Assembly (NCBI GenBank): GCA_043228905.1
Contig: JBHGNT010000980.1
Location: forward strand, 1 to 13,227
Direction: 5' to 3'
DNA from: Azolla caroliniana
Lineage: Eukaryota > Plantae > Polypodiophyta
Length of the DNA: 13,227 nt
Positions 9,626 to 13,227 of this stretch are shown here, one piece after another. How positions within the stretch are numbered: the stretch's first letter is position 1; every line of letters begins with the position of its first letter. Under the pieces are notes generated by a model, which ran no database searches, was not told the DNA's origin, and saw only the letters and a program-made list of their open reading frames with translations. A program made the position numbers and the translations under genes.

Positions 9626-10541
9626 CCGCGGTTGTCGCATAATTACCTTTTGCCGCTATTTCCTCCTCTAGAACCTTCTTCATGCTGCCTTTCCGGAAGT
9701 TCGGTCGTAGTGGCTTCCGAGAGTCCATCGAATGAATCCAATTTCCCTCGTAGTAGATAAGATCCCGTCGTAACGCCTCCTTGTGCTCGTCGCAATCCCT
9801 CCGATCGTGTTCGGTGCTATCACACCATATATATCGACGGTCCATATACGTGGAGTTTGTGGGACGGTCTCCCGACTTCTTCACCATCGCGATTTTCAGA
9901 TTCTCCATATCTTTCAACAACTGCTCCATTGTGGTTGCGTCAATCCCCTTCTCGGTCGTAGTCTCTCGAGCCCACAATTGATGGTCCTCCAATCCGGATC
10001 TCGGTGGTCGTGTCCTCCAAAAGCACTCCGAGATCTTTCCGGTACCGGACATCCACAGCTCGCAAAAACATGATGACTTTGTCCGGTGCAAGAATAGTTT
10101 GATCTCTCGCGGACAACCCCCCGAACCGACTTTCGAATGACGAAAACACTTCGAGGACCTTCAGCCCCTTACCTGGCGTTTCCACCCAATCTTCGAATCC
10201 CCTCCGCGTTGCCTTGGAGGAGTCCTCGATGGCGAACGTGGTCTTTAACGCTTCTTCAAATGCTTCCACGTCGGATTTTGCTGTTGTAACCCATGGATAC
10301 TCCCTTGAAGCTCGTCGGTCGCCACCCGGTTGAAGGATGTCACTTGCAGTCCTTCCGAAATCCGGCACCGGAGCATCTCTGCCTTGTAGTCCTGCAAATA
10401 TCGCGACACATCCTTACCGTTGAATTGCCTGTTGCGTTGCACGAGTCGCTCTACTGCTGTCGAAATCTCCGACATCGCGCATTGTTCTTGTAGCATCCGC
10501 TCGAACATCGCCATCATATTGTTAGCTTGTTGATTCTCCAT
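9626..10541 (-). pseudogene. Ty3/gypsy gag (frameshifted, 3'-truncated by LTR)
   Basis: ATG lies ~17 nt after the PBS. Three stitched frames: MENQQ...FNGKDVSRYLQDY...NPTW / EAFEEALKTTF...FLRAVD / ...YIWCDSTEHDRRDC (CX2CX4HX4C knuckle with first C to Y). Confidence 0.85.
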
Positions 10542-10557
10542 CTCCTTGCCACCCGTC

Positions 10558-10575
10558 TTCACGTCAGGTTCACCA
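10558..10575 (-). other. Primer-binding site complementary to the tRNA-Trp 3' end
   Basis: Plus strand TTCACGTCAGGTTCACCA matches the plant cytosolic tRNA-Trp 3' end as I recall it (TTCACGTCGGGTTCACCA) at 17/18. It is 4 nt from the LTR end. Confidence 0.85.
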
Positions 10576-10579
10576 CTTG

Positions 10580-11283
10580 TGTCGTGCCTCTCGGCACCGG
10601 ATCGTTATGTGAGTCGGGTGGGAACCGCTGGGGTTTTGGACTAGGAGAAAGGAGATCGTGAGATAGAGCTTAATTATGAGTAGATAGCAAAGAGAAAGAT
10701 AAGAAACTCGTGAATCACACGAGTATACTATATTAATTGGTACCTAGGTTGTTAAGAGAGAAGTAGATGCATAAATCGTGAATCCCACGAATAATTTTTA
10801 TATTAATCAATACTTAATCCAAAATAACCAACAACCTTATACATCTTTCTCTCCTCCTTATATAAGGACAGAAGAGGCTAAGCATAGCTTCTTGCTTTTC
10901 TAAAGTGTTCCTACCCTCTAAATGTGCATGCTTAATTTTATTAGTGTACATATAAATAAAGTTTTCACGCATTCTAAAAATGCATGACTTACCTTTTAAT
11001 AAAGGTAGGCGAAAATAAAGGCTTTAGAGGTGCAGGGTTTGAATCTTGCCCTATGCACATAACAGAAATTTTAATGTTTCTTTTATTTACAATTGTGTCT
11101 CTTCATCCCGTAAGAGACTCTCACCGGCCTTCTTCATCCGGCTCTTCCTTGCCGATTCCTCCTTGCCAATTTGCCGATTCCCCCTTACCGGTTCCTCTTC
11201 GTCTGGTTCTCGCCGGGTATTTCATTCTCTATCCGAATGGACAAAATGCAATTTCCACGTAGTGTGTGAATTACACTACGACA
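10580..11283 (-). mobile_element. 5' LTR (704 bp) of the Trp-primed gypsy element
   Basis: TGTCGT/ACGACA termini, PBS and gag adjacent, TATA-like CCTTATATAAGG at ~10856-10867, and homology to 8837-9625. Confidence 0.92.
11027..11057 (+). pseudogene. 3' half (T-arm/B box) of the tRNA-like module
   Basis: GAGGTGCAGGGTTTGAATCTTGCCCTATGCA aligns with 9494-9524. The A-box half is absent. Confidence 0.6.
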
Positions 11284-13227
11284 GCGTAAACCTTGTTGGT
11301 TTGTTGAGCTTGTTGTAGATGAGTAGATAAATATGAAGGTATCTTGCATAACCACTCCAAACGATCCTCTACGCAAGGATTTGTGGGTAACTCTGAGGTT
11401 TCAAATACACACCACCGGGGGTGACAAGCCGTATAAGCATAAAATGGCGTAACTTTAGTTGATGAGTGGACAGAGTTATTATAGGCAAATTCGGCAAAGT
11501 GGAGAATATCCACCCAGTCATCCTGATGATAGCTTAGAAAGCACCGAAGATACTGTTCCAGCGTTTGATTTGTTCGTTCTACTTGGCCGTCGGTTTGCGG
11601 GTGGTAGGCGGAGGAGAGGTTACAAGTGACCTTGAGCATTTTAAAAAGGTGCTTCCAAAATTTCGAGAGGAACTGGGGTCCATGGTCACTTATGATATTA
11701 TCAAGAAGGCCATGATGCCGACAAACTTCACGCATGACAATTTCAGCGGTTTCTTCACTAGAGATTTCCTTGGTACATGGTAGGAAATGAGCCATCTTCA
11801 TATATCAATCTACTACTATTAAAATCGCATTGAATCCCTTAGAGACTAGAAGATCTGTGATGAAATCTAGAGCGATGGATTGCCACAGCTTGCTTGGAAT
11901 TAGTAATGGTTCTAATAAACCATATGGATGCTACCTTGGCATTTTTGTTCTGCAACATGTATCACAAGTCCGAACAAAATCTTCGACAAATTGTCGCATA
12001 CAGGGCCACTAGAATGATCGTTGTACTAAATCTAATGTCTTAGTACTACCAAAATGCCTAGCTATATATGTTTCATGACAGTTTTGGACTACTCGAAGGC
12101 GGCAAGAACCATTAGGAACATACAAGAGTTTCTTAAAGAATACTAATCCATCATGACATTCAAATTGTCGATAGTCCGTACCTGATTGTTGTGACTGTGA
12201 ACAAGATGCTCGAAAGGGATCAATTTGTGCTAGAATGGCATCGATAACGTGGGAATTCAAGGGCATGTTGAAGACCTATGTTGCTTGTAGTCGTGTCGGT
12301 CCCAAAATTACTTGCTTTTGGTTATCAAAAGTTGGTTTGCCGGGACGCGGTGCTAGATACGAACGCCATGATAATGCATCTGCCTTCCCTTGGTGCTTCC
12401 CCGAACAATATGTAATTTTGAAGTCGAAACGCGTAAGGAATTGGGCCCACCGAGCTTGACGTCGATTTAACACACGAGCACTCTGAAAGTAGGCAAGGTT
12501 TTTGTGATCACTGAATACGGTAACTTGATGAGAGGATCCCTCTAGAAAATGCCTCCATTGCATAAAACAGTCCATTATTGCTAATAGCTCCTTATCATGA
12601 ATTTCATAGTTGATTTCGGTGGCGTCAAACTTGCGTGAGTGGAAAGCCACAAGATGTAACTTTTCATCATTACCTTGTTGTGACAGAATGCTACCCAATG
12701 CGAAATCCGACGCGTCCGCTTCCATGATGAATGGTTTTTCCGGATCAACAGGCGCTAGAATAGGAGCTGGTGTAAATGCCTTCTTAAGATTCTCAAAATC
12801 CATGTCCGCTTCTTCAGACCAAACGAACAATTGTCCCTTCTTAGTAAGTTGTGTGAGAGGCAGAACAAGCTTTGAGTAATCTTGTATAAACTTGCGGTAG
12901 AAATTGGCAATGCCTAAAAAGCATTGCACATCTCACAACAAACGCAGAGTTTGCCACTCTACCACCATTTTGACCTTAGTTGGATCCATGGAGATTCCTT
13001 CTGAGGAGATGACATAGCCCAGAAATTGCACCTAGTTGCACCCGAAACTACATTTTTCCAGCTTTGCATAAAGACCATGTTCTCGAAGTCGTTTTAGTAC
13101 TAACAGTACATGAGAATCATGCTCTTCTTGGGTCTTCAAATAAACCAGTAGATCATCCAAATAGATGATCAAAAAAACATCCCAGAGATCTCGGAATATA
13201 TCATTTGCCATGTGCTGGAAAACTGTT
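11284..13227 (-). pseudogene. Ty3/gypsy (chromovirus-type) pol: RT-RNase H-integrase, disrupted; continues beyond window
   Basis: RT IIYLDDLL (YLDD at 13152-13163), KLEKC, FLGYVIS, FLGIANFYRKFI; RNase H ADASDFALGSILSQ, NYEIHDKELLAI, SDHKNL, KADALS; integrase HHCC region, ISDHGPQF, AYHPQTDGQVERTNQTLEQYL. It ends at KVYA at the LTR junction. Confidence 0.96.

Noticed and set aside
8833-11287. One intact element 8837-11283 with GCGT TSD
   Set aside because: The flanks belong to different hosts (copia protease versus gypsy integrase), the two LTRs are too diverged and differ by large indels, and no PPT precedes the 9625 end. The match is better explained by target preference or chance.
4914-11290. 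SH3 fragment at 4914-5235 being the continuation of the pol broken at 11284
   Set aside because: The two pieces overlap at the homologous position with different sequence (KQYKAHV versus QTNKVYA), differ in base composition, and share no TSD.

Overview
This window is a eukaryotic nest of decayed LTR retrotransposons with no cellular gene. It is probably land plant and looks moss-like (inference from the Met-i and Trp primer sites and the element types). In order: (1) the 3' end of a Ty3/gypsy-type element on +, with a repeat-bearing acidic ORF, PPT and LTR 1447-1892; (2) Ty1/copia A on - (1893-4856), into which element 1 is inserted; (3) chromovirus-like fragments at 4857-5675; (4) copia B (-) and copia C (+) arranged head-to-head; (5) copia C interrupted by a solo LTR at 7595-8694 and cut off by an LTR at 8837-9625; (6) a tRNA-Trp-primed gypsy 5' LTR and gag on - (9626-11283); (7) a chromoviral-type pol on - (11284-13227), into which element 6 is inserted. 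The most notable observations concern the TGTCGT...ACGACA LTR group. Three of its four LTRs carry an antisense tRNA-like (Pol III A/B-box) module upstream of the TATA box. Its host junctions are nearly all N-CG-N 4-mers, suggesting CG-centred targeting with a 4-bp TSD. It also has repeated GGAUU-loop hairpins in R/U5 and a repeat/spacer-structured extra ORF. All coordinates were read by eye, and blunt junctions are approximate.
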